The translations under genes and the position numbers were made by a program. From the IMG/VR virus record IMGVR_UViG_3300031999_000001, positions 64,001-128,000 of that record: a stretch of 64,000 bases of DNA; one strand, given 5' to 3'. Positions 47,844 through 57,826 of the stretch are shown here, piece by piece; position 1 is the stretch's first letter, and each line of letters opens with the position of its first letter. The stretch comes from a virus (Duplodnaviria; Heunggongvirae; Uroviricota; Caudoviricetes). The notes under the pieces are model-generated. The model made no database searches. It was not told where the DNA came from and saw only the letters and a program-made list of their open reading frames with translations.

Positions 47844-48638
47844 TTAATTTAAATTATATTGCATAGTTTCTTTACCACGCAATATTTTACTTCTTATTAT
47901 TCTTTTAGGCTTATTTCCCTTATAGAACCATAAATACCCATGAGCAGATTTTTTACCATTACTATTTAATACTCTTGTTAATGATGAATATCCATTTTTT
48001 ATTGATTTTCGCTGAATATTTAATGAATCATATATTTCCCTTTTATTTTTAAATTCTTTTATAAATTTACAATCTAATGAATATTGTAAAATCGGTGATT
48101 CGCTTTTAAATATTATACGAAAAATAAATTTTTTTGCTTCTTCATGTGAAGTAAACCAATAATAACAACAACTTGATTTCTTTATTCTTTGGTCAACAGC
48201 ATGTCCGATATTATCGGGGTTAATATTGTGTTCAATACCTGCTTCTGATATCGATTCATATTCTTTTACAAAATTACCAAATTGGTCGTATTTAAATATT
48301 CTTTTTTTTAAATAATTGACAGTATCACCACCACCATCCGTCATATTAGTTAAATCATAACCAGAATCTCGATATTTTTTTATATAAAAAATTTCTAATT
48401 TCTCATGTTCATATATGGATTCTTTTTTATTATATATACGTTCACATTCGTCAATTACTTTTAATATTGGTTTTTGACTGTTTTGAATGATATCATTAAT
48501 AACAGAATCCTTATATGGATTATATTTATATTTAATATGCTCATTCAATCTTCTTGTGGAATTATTGGTGTATCCGACATAAAAGACCTGATTATTTAAA
48601 GGATTTGTTAGTGTATATATGTAAACTTTCTTAATCAC
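47844..48638 (-). CDS. Free-standing GIY-YIG endonuclease with NUMOD1-like repeats
   Basis: VYIY...FYVG...RRLNEH; KYD..GNFVKEYESISEA and QYSLDCKFIKEF. Confidence 0.8.
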   Translation of the reverse strand: MIKKVYIYTLTNPLNNQVFYVGYTNNSTRRLNEHIKYKYNPYKDSVINDIIQNSQKPILKVIDECERIYNKKESIYEHEKLEIFYIKKYRDSGYDLTNMTDGGGDTVNYLKKRIFKYDQFGNFVKEYESISEAGIEHNINPDNIGHAVDQRIKKSSCCYYWFTSHEEAKKFIFRIIFKSESPILQYSLDCKFIKEFKNKREIYDSLNIQRKSIKNGYSSLTRVLNSNGKKSAHGYLWFYKGNKPKRIIRSKILRGKETMQYNLN

Positions 48639-48664
48639 TATTATTATAAATTTTTATAATTTTT

Positions 48665-48673
48665 TATAAATAC
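48665..48673 (-). promoter_or_regulatory. Putative late-promoter motif GTATTTATA
   Basis: Upstream of the ATG at 48638. Confidence 0.45.
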
Positions 48674-48706
48674 TAATATATTCAGAAAAATCTTAATTTA
48701 CAACAA

Positions 48707-48736
48707 AAAAAATGGAAATTTTAAATTCCATTTTTA
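48707..48736 (-). terminator. Intrinsic terminator
   Basis: AAAAATGGAA/TTCCATTTTT inverted repeat downstream of 48757..51174. Confidence 0.6.
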
Positions 48737-48756
48737 AATATTTCATATTTAAATTA

Positions 48757-51174
48757 TTAATTAACAAAAGACAAGATAGACCATGAACCCAAAACATTAT
48801 CATACATTAATTCAAGAACACCACCATCAGTATTAATTAATGCATCATTTGAAGCACAATCAATTAATTTACCATTACGACCAATAATTATATTATAAGT
48901 TAAAGCAGTATTTTTTACATCTTTAATTTTAAATGTCTGACCATTAAGCGGAGCCGTTGGTAATGTAATTGTTACTGTAGCACCAGTATTAACTAATATT
49001 ACATATGAACTACCAGTTGTTAATGTTGTATTATCAGTAACAATTGTTTTAGTATAAATATTAATACTACCAGTACCAAGTATTTTAACAGTACCATCAC
49101 TTGCTCTAACAAGAACTGAATCGGTTACTATACCAGTAGCGGGAGTTGTTGGTAATTTTATAATAGGACTTGTTAGATTAATTGCAGTACTACCAGTAAG
49201 ATTAACATTGGTTACATTTATACCAAAATTATATGCACCAATTAACATTGTACTATTAAGTAAATTACCACCAAGACAAACTTTCTTGCCTGATAAACCT
49301 AAACCATTGGTTGCACCAGTTAAATATATTCCTTCTATTGTATTAAGTCTACCATTAGTAGTACCAGTATAATTATTAACAGCACTTTTATTTGCAAATT
49401 GTGAAGGAGCAGTAGTACCTGAATATACATTCATTGCAATTATGCTTACAGTATTGCCAGATATCCAAGTAATATCATTACGTAAAATACATGTACATCC
49501 TGTTACATATTTTGCACTTATTAAAGAATTAGCACCAAAACCTGTACTATAATCACCACCATAAACAACACCACGTTTAGTTCCAGCACTGTCTGTAAAT
49601 GTTAATGAACAAGTATCGGATTTAACAGTAATTGTTGTAGCTTCAGTTAATGTACCGCCAAGACAAACTTTTTTATTTGTTGCAGTTAAACCATTTGTTG
49701 CTGCACTTATTGCACCAATAGCAGCTATAATATCTGAACAAGCAACAACAAGGCAATCAAGAGTATTATATCCTACGGGAATAGCATCCACTGAACCACA
49801 GCTCGCAGCATTAATATTAATAACACCAGTACCACCACTTGCCCAACTTAATCCATTACCAGCAATTTCATTGGCAATAGTTAATTGACTATTAAGATAT
49901 TCAAGACCCGAATTACTTGCTAAATTAGTACAAATATTTTGTTTACCCCCTATTGTTGAAATCGCAATACCTTGACCTGCAGAAACACCCAATAATTTAG
50001 AAAATTGTGCAAATGTTAATGTTGTACCACTTGAAATTGTAGAACCAGTTGTAGTTAAAATCCAGATAGAACTTTCATTTGAAGTACCTGTTAATACTGG
50101 AATTAAGTCACCATTAGCAATTTCACCAAGAGGTAATGAAAAATTATAATCACTTGAACGTTGCCATGTAGTACCTGTTGCAACATATATACCATTTTGC
50201 CATCCCAATGTTTGGTTCTTAACCAAAACCCTATTACCATTTACAAGTGAAACACCATCAACAATAGTAAGACCACTTCTTCCAATATTACCATCAGCTA
50301 CTGTTGTTGCAACAAGAACAGCTTCATGTGGATGAAGACCAGTTGCAACAGAATCAACATATGCTTTATCTGGAAGTGAACGATCAACAAATGTTGTACT
50401 ATAATCACCAGCATATTTAATGCCTTGTTTAACAGATGCTGTTCTATCAGTAAATGTTGCACCAGATGCTGATATTGTAATAACTTCACCACACATTGAA
50501 ATATTACCGCCATGTAAATCAAAACAATTTGTTGTATTTATAACAAATTGATTAAATGGATATGCATCAGTACCTAAACATAAATCATATGTACCTGCAC
50601 CAGTAACTGAAGTATGACCAATTAATGCACCACCAAGACAAACTCTATTACTACCAGCAGTTAAACCATTTGTTGCACCAGTTAAACCACCAAGAGAAAT
50701 TAATGTTGTTTTTGAAATTGCACCATCAGAAGGGTCATATGTTAATATATCACCAACATAAGTAGCTGGTGATGATTTTAATTTTAATTCACCACCTATA
50801 TTAACAGTACTGCCAGTAAAATTAATTGTGGTTACATTTACACCAAAATTATATGCACCAGTAATTGTTGTATTACCAGTTAATGCACCACCAAGATTAA
50901 CAGTTTGACCATTTTTAGTTAAACCATTTATGGCAGTTGTAATGCCTGTATTTGCAATACCACTATCTTTAATTACTAAATTACCATCGCCCACACCATT
51001 AGCATACCAATATTCAACACCATTTATATTTACAGTTAAACCACTATATCTATATGTTGTTATGGCAGCATTAACGGCAGCAACTGATGTCCAAGGTGTT
51101 GATATATTTAAATATCTTGCATCAAACGGTTTTGTGGCTGCAAGACTATAGTTATCATTAATTAATATTGCCAT
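48757..51174 (-). CDS. Tail fibre-like protein (N-module d, NGL..LGG repeats, C-module i)
   Basis: RYL...RYSGLTVNINGVEYW; four A.NGL....V.LGG.L repeats; C-terminal TLPTAP.NGQ...IKD. Confidence 0.7.
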   Translation of the reverse strand: MAILINDNYSLAATKPFDARYLNISTPWTSVAAVNAAITTYRYSGLTVNINGVEYWYANGVGDGNLVIKDSGIANTGITTAINGLTKNGQTVNLGGALTGNTTITGAYNFGVNVTTINFTGSTVNIGGELKLKSSPATYVGDILTYDPSDGAISKTTLISLGGLTGATNGLTAGSNRVCLGGALIGHTSVTGAGTYDLCLGTDAYPFNQFVINTTNCFDLHGGNISMCGEVITISASGATFTDRTASVKQGIKYAGDYSTTFVDRSLPDKAYVDSVATGLHPHEAVLVATTVADGNIGRSGLTIVDGVSLVNGNRVLVKNQTLGWQNGIYVATGTTWQRSSDYNFSLPLGEIANGDLIPVLTGTSNESSIWILTTTGSTISSGTTLTFAQFSKLLGVSAGQGIAISTIGGKQNICTNLASNSGLEYLNSQLTIANEIAGNGLSWASGGTGVININAASCGSVDAIPVGYNTLDCLVVACSDIIAAIGAISAATNGLTATNKKVCLGGTLTEATTITVKSDTCSLTFTDSAGTKRGVVYGGDYSTGFGANSLISAKYVTGCTCILRNDITWISGNTVSIIAMNVYSGTTAPSQFANKSAVNNYTGTTNGRLNTIEGIYLTGATNGLGLSGKKVCLGGNLLNSTMLIGAYNFGINVTNVNLTGSTAINLTSPIIKLPTTPATGIVTDSVLVRASDGTVKILGTGSINIYTKTIVTDNTTLTTGSSYVILVNTGATVTITLPTAPLNGQTFKIKDVKNTALTYNIIIGRNGKLIDCASNDALINTDGGVLELMYDNVLGSWSILSFVN

Positions 51175-51207
51175 TTTATTTTATTATTTTTTTCAATATA
51201 TTATAAT

Positions 51208-52269
51208 TTAATAATATAAACACATTGGTATACCTGTAGCTGTAGTAGTAACACCACATGTTACATATACACAATAATTACAACCACTCCAACAACCCTG
51301 TCCTGATGTAACAGCAACACTACATGCTGCTGCCCAAAGATCACCGGGGTTACCAATATTACCAGCATTTGCTGCACAAACCCACCATTTTGTTTTTGTT
51401 GTAAATGCACCAGCAGGTGCTGCAAACCAAAGATAATTATTGGTTGCATTAAAACAAATTGGTGTTGATGCTCCAACAACAGCAACAGTTTTAGTTCCAC
51501 CCGTAATAATTGCATTTGTTATTAAATTCGATGCATTTACACCCCAATACCAAGGTAAAATACCTGTAATTGTTGTAGTTATTTGAGCTGTATTACCTGC
51601 TACCAATGGTGAATATCCTATAGTATTTGTACCTTTACTGCCTTTAGGTTGAATACCTGCATCATAAAATACACAAACACCCCAAATTTGACTACCCGAT
51701 ACTATTGTATAACCAGTTAATGATTTGGCTTTAGATAAAGCAGTAGAAGGATATAAACCAGCAATTTGATTACCAGTAAAACAATAATTATTCGGTAATC
51801 CGCTTCTACATGATGAAGCACTGCAATATTGTGGATTTATACTACCTGTGGTGAAAGTACCTGTAATAATTGTTGAAATACTACATCCAATTTCATATGT
51901 TGTAGTGATCGGATTAAGACCAATACTACGAGTTGGTTCTATTACAGTACCAAATAATTCAGGTACTAATATATCTTGAAGTAAACAATTTGAAGTTTTT
52001 CCTGTTAAAACAGTTCCAATAGTTATTCCACCAACAGTTACGGCAGCAGGAGATTGTAAATTATAAATAGTACTTCCAGTAACACTTATAATGTTATCAT
52101 CAACATATTTTTTATCAACAACTTGAGTATCTCCAGTAAATGTTGGATGTATAACATATTTCAAATCACCAGTGGTTGTTACCAAAGTATGTCCTGATAA
52201 CGTTAATGTATCACCAGTTGCTTGATATGTTTTATTATTACTTAGATTTAATTTTGTTGTAAAAGCCAT
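51208..52269 (-). CDS. Tail fibre-associated protein (modules e+f)
   Basis: Paralogous to 45136..46740 and 56000..57124. Confidence 0.6.
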   Translation of the reverse strand: MAFTTKLNLSNNKTYQATGDTLTLSGHTLVTTTGDLKYVIHPTFTGDTQVVDKKYVDDNIISVTGSTIYNLQSPAAVTVGGITIGTVLTGKTSNCLLQDILVPELFGTVIEPTRSIGLNPITTTYEIGCSISTIITGTFTTGSINPQYCSASSCRSGLPNNYCFTGNQIAGLYPSTALSKAKSLTGYTIVSGSQIWGVCVFYDAGIQPKGSKGTNTIGYSPLVAGNTAQITTTITGILPWYWGVNASNLITNAIITGGTKTVAVVGASTPICFNATNNYLWFAAPAGAFTTKTKWWVCAANAGNIGNPGDLWAAACSVAVTSGQGCWSGCNYCVYVTCGVTTTATGIPMCLYY

Positions 52270-52316
52270 AATTTTTTGCTTTGATGTTATTTTCTATTTA
52301 TTATAAATAGTTTTTT

Positions 52317-54245
52317 TTAATTAGTAAATGCCACCGCACTCCAAAAATATCCATTATATATGAATGTAATTGAACCATAATTAGTGTTAATTGTTGAACA
52401 TAAACCATCATTAATATTTTTTCCATTACCATCTACAATAATTGGATTAGTCAATGCATCTCCACAAATATCAACAATACTAATTCTTTGACCTTTAATT
52501 GGACTTAATGCCAAATAAACACATGAGACACCAGATATTCCAATAAAACTATTATTTGTTGTAGCTGTATATGTTGTACTTACATTACAAACATCAACTA
52601 AATTTGACGATATTTGTTTTATTTTTTTATCACTATTATTCCAAACAAGCAATGAATCTGTTGTTGTACCACCAGTTGGTGTTATTTGTAGTGTTACAAT
52701 ACCCGTTAAATTAATAGCAGTACCACCAGTAAAATTAATATTACCAACATCTATATTTAAATTATATACGCCATTAATTGTAGTATCACCAGTTAATGTA
52801 CCACCAAGAACAACTTTTCTACCTAATGCAGTAAGACCATTTGTTGCACCAGTAATTGTTAAATTTAATTCGTTTCTTGTAGTACCAGTATAGCCACTGA
52901 ATATTAAAATTGGTAATTTTGAATTTAAAGCAGTATTTAATGTTCCACCAGTAATATCAACATTAAATGTTGTACCATTCCAAGATAATGAATTTCCTAT
53001 AAGACTTTGACCATCAACCGAAATAGTATGTTCAGCATTAATAATTTGAACACATATTCCATGACCAGCAACAATACCAATAATTTGACTAAATAATGTA
53101 AATGTTAATGGTGTTACATCAATTAATATCGGGTCTGGTGTTGACAACACCCATGAGGTGTTTTGATTTGTAATACCTGATAACACAAAAGTATATGCAC
53201 CTTGAACCGATTCACTACTTTCATTAAAATCATATGAACGAACAAATGTAGTACTACCACCCGTTAAAATATACATCCCATTTAATCTTGCATCAACTTG
53301 ATTTTTTATTAATACTCTATCTCCATTGTTTATTAAAACACCATCAATATATGTATTACCTGAAGTTAATCCTGTTAATGCCGTATCTCCAGTTGTTGCA
53401 GCAAAAACCGCAGGATGTGGTTGAAGACCAGAAGCAACAGTATCAACATATGATTTATCAACAAGTGAACGTGATGTATAAAATGTTGAATAGTTACCTG
53501 CATATTCTAAACCTGTTTGATTAGCACCAATCCTATTATCATAAACCTTAAATAAATTAGATGGATAATCAATCGAAAAACCGATGGAATTAGTATAATT
53601 ACTTACAGGACTACATATTGCACCACTTTGTGATTTTAAATATATTCCACCAGTATTATTACGACTATCAACTACAATATTATTTGCTGTGGTTATAACA
53701 CATAACCCACATAAATTACAAAATTCTAATGAATAATTATCAATACCAGATATTGTTGTATTGGTACATAAATTACCACCAAGACAAACAATACCCCCAC
53801 CAGCAGTTAAGCCATTTACCGCAGAAGTTAAACCAACCGCACTTGAATATAATATTTTATGTACTTGTTTTGAATTATTATCCCATGATAATATATAATC
53901 AAGACATACATCATCGGGTGGTGTAATTGAAATACATAAATTAGGTACTGTAACACCAGATAATGTTTTATTATATGTGAAATTTGTAGCACCAGTAATT
54001 CCAGAAACACCTCTATATATAACCTGAGAATTTAAACCAATATTACGTATTGATGCCGTTAAACCTGTTACGTATTCGGCATCAACAACTGAACGAGAAG
54101 TATATGTATTGTGTCGGCAAGTAGAATATTTTAAAGTACCATATTGACCAATAATCGTGTTACCAGATAATGATAATGTTTGTCCTGATATCTGATTAAA
54201 TCCTGTATTAATTAATGTTTGATTGGTCTTAAATATTTTTGCCAT
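52317..54245 (-). CDS. Tail fibre-like protein (N-module e, KNQ module, C-module i)
   Basis: IDGVLINNGDRVLIKNQVDARLNGMY; RSLVDKSYVD. Confidence 0.65.
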   Translation of the reverse strand: MAKIFKTNQTLINTGFNQISGQTLSLSGNTIIGQYGTLKYSTCRHNTYTSRSVVDAEYVTGLTASIRNIGLNSQVIYRGVSGITGATNFTYNKTLSGVTVPNLCISITPPDDVCLDYILSWDNNSKQVHKILYSSAVGLTSAVNGLTAGGGIVCLGGNLCTNTTISGIDNYSLEFCNLCGLCVITTANNIVVDSRNNTGGIYLKSQSGAICSPVSNYTNSIGFSIDYPSNLFKVYDNRIGANQTGLEYAGNYSTFYTSRSLVDKSYVDTVASGLQPHPAVFAATTGDTALTGLTSGNTYIDGVLINNGDRVLIKNQVDARLNGMYILTGGSTTFVRSYDFNESSESVQGAYTFVLSGITNQNTSWVLSTPDPILIDVTPLTFTLFSQIIGIVAGHGICVQIINAEHTISVDGQSLIGNSLSWNGTTFNVDITGGTLNTALNSKLPILIFSGYTGTTRNELNLTITGATNGLTALGRKVVLGGTLTGDTTINGVYNLNIDVGNINFTGGTAINLTGIVTLQITPTGGTTTDSLLVWNNSDKKIKQISSNLVDVCNVSTTYTATTNNSFIGISGVSCVYLALSPIKGQRISIVDICGDALTNPIIVDGNGKNINDGLCSTINTNYGSITFIYNGYFWSAVAFTN

Positions 54246-54272
54246 TTTATCATCCTTTCAATGTAATTAATA

Positions 54273-55997
54273 TTAAGCAAGCGCAGGAGAAAATCCAATT
54301 ACATTCCATCTTGTGCCATTATAAATATATGATAATGAACCAGAATTAGTATTAATTTGAGAAGTTGAAGTACAACCAACAATACTACCAACAATTGTTA
54401 TTGGATAAGTATATGCAGTATTACTAATATCTGCAATTACTACAACCATACCGCATTTAGGTGTTGTTGGTAGTATAATAGTTGAACCCCCTGATGTACC
54501 AACAAAGAAATCACTATTTATCATACTATATGTTGATATTGTTGGTAAACAAACATTTTTTACTAATGCACCACCATCAGTAGCACCACTTGTTATTATA
54601 TATGCAGCATATGGTAAAACCCAACCACTACAAACTGAAGTAGCGATTAGCATTGATTTACTAAGAAAATTAGGAGTAGTTGGTTCACATGTTGTTAAAC
54701 ATCCAGCATTAACATCACTAAGAAAATACGTACAATTTGTAATTAATCCACCACCCACAGTAATACCACTAACAAAACCCGCTTGTGTTAATTCAAAACA
54801 ATTTGCATCATAACAATTAGTTACAACACCTAAAACTTCTCCATCATATAAACCATCAGCAAGTGGTTTATTATATGTACAACCACTCCAACCAACTACT
54901 TGACCAATACTAAATCCATGTGAAGTCTGACAAATAGTTTTATAAATTCTTTCCCCGCCCAATGCAGATATACTATTAAGATATCCCTTATCAATTAATG
55001 AACGATCAGTAAAATTTGCTGAATAATCAGCACCATATTGAATACCAACAGCAGTAGTACCAGTACGTGCATCAGTTATTGTTGTACTTCCAGTTAACGT
55101 GCCACCAAGTTTAACGGTTTGACCAACCTTAGTAAGACCATTTGCAGCAAAAAGTAATTGATTTCCAGTACCACCCGATAAATAAATAAAACTTTCATCA
55201 TCTCTTACTGCAAGCATATTCGGTGTATCTGAAATAATTGTTCTAAATTCAAGAATTTTATTATTTTTTTCAGCAAAAGGTCGTCCACCAACTGTTAATG
55301 TAGTACCCGTTATTAAACTACCAGCAACTGTGCTAATAACTAAATTTGAACCATTATTATATCCAATTCCAGTAGTCCAGCTTGTTTCAGTATATGCTGT
55401 TGATGGTGGATAATATGGTACACCACCTTGAAATGTTCCGAGTTGGTTAGCAATATTGCCACTAATTAAAATCCAGCCAAGTTCATTTGAACTACCAGTA
55501 TATTCATTCCAAAGCCATGATTTAACTGGAATTGTGGTTTTCACATAACCTCTTTTTGGAATACCATCACTTGGTACACCAACATGAATTTTACCATCAG
55601 TGCCTCTATAAAAATAATTATATAAAGAATAATATAATCCATCATAATCGGCATCAGATATATAAGTTATTGGTAATGTTTGTATGCCTGTAAGACCACT
55701 AAAATATCCAATATTTGTTGCACCTGTAACAAAATCATTGATTGGAATTAATGTATCATATTTTTTCTCAATTAAATCATTATTTGTAATACCATTTTTA
55801 AACCAATATTCAACACCATTTATATTAACAGTTAAACCAGTATATCTTTCATTTAAAATAATACCAGTAGCACCAGTTACTTCAGTTACTCCAGAATATG
55901 GTAATTGGATACCTAATGATGTTCTGTCACTTAAATAACGTTTATCTAATGGTGCTGGTGCTGCTATTTTAATATTTTCATTATATTGTGTTGCCAT
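54273..55997 (-). CDS. Tail fibre-like protein (modules d+g+i)
   Basis: RYTGLTVNINGVEYW; GERIYKTICQTSHGF...DGEVLG...FELTQAG shared with 45136..46740. Confidence 0.65.
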   Translation of the reverse strand: MATQYNENIKIAAPAPLDKRYLSDRTSLGIQLPYSGVTEVTGATGIILNERYTGLTVNINGVEYWFKNGITNNDLIEKKYDTLIPINDFVTGATNIGYFSGLTGIQTLPITYISDADYDGLYYSLYNYFYRGTDGKIHVGVPSDGIPKRGYVKTTIPVKSWLWNEYTGSSNELGWILISGNIANQLGTFQGGVPYYPPSTAYTETSWTTGIGYNNGSNLVISTVAGSLITGTTLTVGGRPFAEKNNKILEFRTIISDTPNMLAVRDDESFIYLSGGTGNQLLFAANGLTKVGQTVKLGGTLTGSTTITDARTGTTAVGIQYGADYSANFTDRSLIDKGYLNSISALGGERIYKTICQTSHGFSIGQVVGWSGCTYNKPLADGLYDGEVLGVVTNCYDANCFELTQAGFVSGITVGGGLITNCTYFLSDVNAGCLTTCEPTTPNFLSKSMLIATSVCSGWVLPYAAYIITSGATDGGALVKNVCLPTISTYSMINSDFFVGTSGGSTIILPTTPKCGMVVVIADISNTAYTYPITIVGSIVGCTSTSQINTNSGSLSYIYNGTRWNVIGFSPALA

Positions 55998-55999
55998 AA

Positions 56000-57124
56000 T
56001 TAACTATTTTTAAATATCATACAATAATTTATACTTGTGGGATAATTGCTAACATATATATTATAAGTTTCTCCACTCCAACAATTTTCAGGTGAATTGA
56101 TATTCTGAGAACATCCTGATGCAAACAAATCTCCCGGTATTGTTCCACAATTTGATGGTGAGTTACAACCTTGCCATTTTGTTTTGCTTGTAGATAATGT
56201 TGGTATTGCAAACCAAATATATTCTCCACACACATTATAATTAGTAACAATAATATCACCTGTACTTATTCCAACACATTTAGTACCACCAGTAATTAAA
56301 CTTTGAGTACATGCTGATGTTGATATGTCTGGTACTGTGACACTATTACCCCAGAACCAAGGAAACATACCACAAATTGATATACAACAATTATTTGTAC
56401 AACCTGATGTTAATGCTGAATAATAGATACCACCAGAACTATTATATGCAGGTGTTGCACCTGAAAAATAACTAACACAAACAGATATTGAATTATTGGA
56501 AGAACAAATTTGATTTGAACCAAATGATGTGCAGTTACATGTAAATGCACTACTTGGTACTATACAATCAATTCCAAATGGATAATAATTATAATAATCA
56601 GCATCTCCACTTCTATAACAACAAGCACCACAATATTGTGGAGTAATACAACCCCTACTAAAACTTGTATAACCAGTAATATTTGTTACAGTGCCTATCT
56701 CATATATTGTTGTTGAAGGACATATTGTAAATGATGTAACACTTGGTGCAGTGACCGTTGGATTCATTGTCGGTACTAATATGTCTTCCAAGATACACGC
56801 TATTGTACATCCATAAATTGTTGTTCCTGCTGATAATCCACCAACAGTACATGTTGAAGGTGAATCACCTGAATAAATTAATCCTGCAATTGATGCGGAT
56901 GGCATAAGTTTAATTTTACCTGCACCATCATATGTTAATACGTGTGTTCCACCCGATAATGAACTTGCACCACTTGCTGTAATAATAATATTACCAGTAA
57001 CACCATCAGATAATGTCAAACCACTTATGGTTGCAATTTGGGTTTGACCAGATAATGTTAATTCAGAACCGGGTAATTGTTTAAATTGAACCGAACTAAG
57101 GTCGGGACGGGCGAAAAATGTCAT
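56000..57124 (-). CDS. Cys-rich tail fibre-associated protein (modules e+f)
   Basis: TVGG...ILVP...YEIG...PQYC...RSG...PWFWG...GGTK; about 25 Cys by my count. Confidence 0.6.
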   Translation of the reverse strand: MTFFARPDLSSVQFKQLPGSELTLSGQTQIATISGLTLSDGVTGNIIITASGASSLSGGTHVLTYDGAGKIKLMPSASIAGLIYSGDSPSTCTVGGLSAGTTIYGCTIACILEDILVPTMNPTVTAPSVTSFTICPSTTIYEIGTVTNITGYTSFSRGCITPQYCGACCYRSGDADYYNYYPFGIDCIVPSSAFTCNCTSFGSNQICSSNNSISVCVSYFSGATPAYNSSGGIYYSALTSGCTNNCCISICGMFPWFWGNSVTVPDISTSACTQSLITGGTKCVGISTGDIIVTNYNVCGEYIWFAIPTLSTSKTKWQGCNSPSNCGTIPGDLFASGCSQNINSPENCWSGETYNIYVSNYPTSINYCMIFKNS

Positions 57125-57130
57125 ATGTTT

Positions 57131-57655
57131 TTAATTAAATTCTTTTATGTTATTTTTTAAAATTTTTGAAATATTCTTAATCTCAGTAAATGGAATACGC
57201 AATAAATTATAATTATTTTTTAATGCATATTCTGTTTTTAATTTATCATTTTGTTTTTGTCTTTTAAACAACAAATCACCGCCCCAATAATCAATTGGCA
57301 TAAAATGTTGTTTGCCATCGTATTCAATTAATAAATTTTGATTCGGTAAATAAAAATCGTATTTTAATAATGAAATATTTTTACAATCAGGAAATGATTT
57401 TTGATGTTCATATTCAATATTACTTTCATTTAACCAATCCTTTATTAAAACCTCGCATTTAGATTTTATTTTACAAATCGGACAACTACTCCCGGCAAGA
57501 TGATGATTTGGTTTTTGTTCAAAAACACCATGTTTGAAACATATTATTTTCACATTATTATTTGAGTTGATATAATCAACCTTCGAATAATCATACCTAT
57601 TACCGTGAACTAATCTTGCTCTATTTATAAATTCTTTTGTCGTTAATCTCTTCAT
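57131..57655 (-). CDS. Putative homing endonuclease (DUF723-like Zn module plus Vsr/DUF559-like nuclease)
   Basis: YDYSKVDY...IICFKHG.F.Q.P..H..G..CPIC; YDFYLP..NLLIEYDGKQHF. Confidence 0.7.
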   Translation of the reverse strand: MKRLTTKEFINRARLVHGNRYDYSKVDYINSNNNVKIICFKHGVFEQKPNHHLAGSSCPICKIKSKCEVLIKDWLNESNIEYEHQKSFPDCKNISLLKYDFYLPNQNLLIEYDGKQHFMPIDYWGGDLLFKRQKQNDKLKTEYALKNNYNLLRIPFTEIKNISKILKNNIKEFN

Positions 57656-57722
57656 TCTTCTGTAAAATATAAGCCGTCCAATGAGTTAAAAAAATAAATC
57701 AGATTTACTGATTCGTTTTAAC

Positions 57723-57730
57723 ATAAATAC
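57723..57730 (-). promoter_or_regulatory. Putative late-promoter motif GTATTTAT heading the fibre operon
   Basis: In the 57656..57826 intergenic gap, downstream of a terminator. Confidence 0.4.
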
Positions 57731-57767
57731 AAAAAATTCCAATTAAAATCGAATATATTTAAAAATA

Positions 57768-57801
57768 AAAAACCCCGAAGAATTTCTTCCACGGGGTTTT
57801 G
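57768..57801 (-). terminator. Intrinsic terminator
   Basis: AAAAACCCCG/CGGGGTTTTT inverted repeat downstream of 57827..58933. Confidence 0.75.
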
Positions 57802-57826
57802 ATATTAAATGATTTGTCTAAGAATC

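Noticed and set aside
33225-57124. Diversity-generating retroelement behind Cys-rich fibre variation
   Set aside because: No reverse transcriptase and no template/variable repeat pair with many adenine-specific mismatches; the 56-bp repeat has a single synonymous difference.
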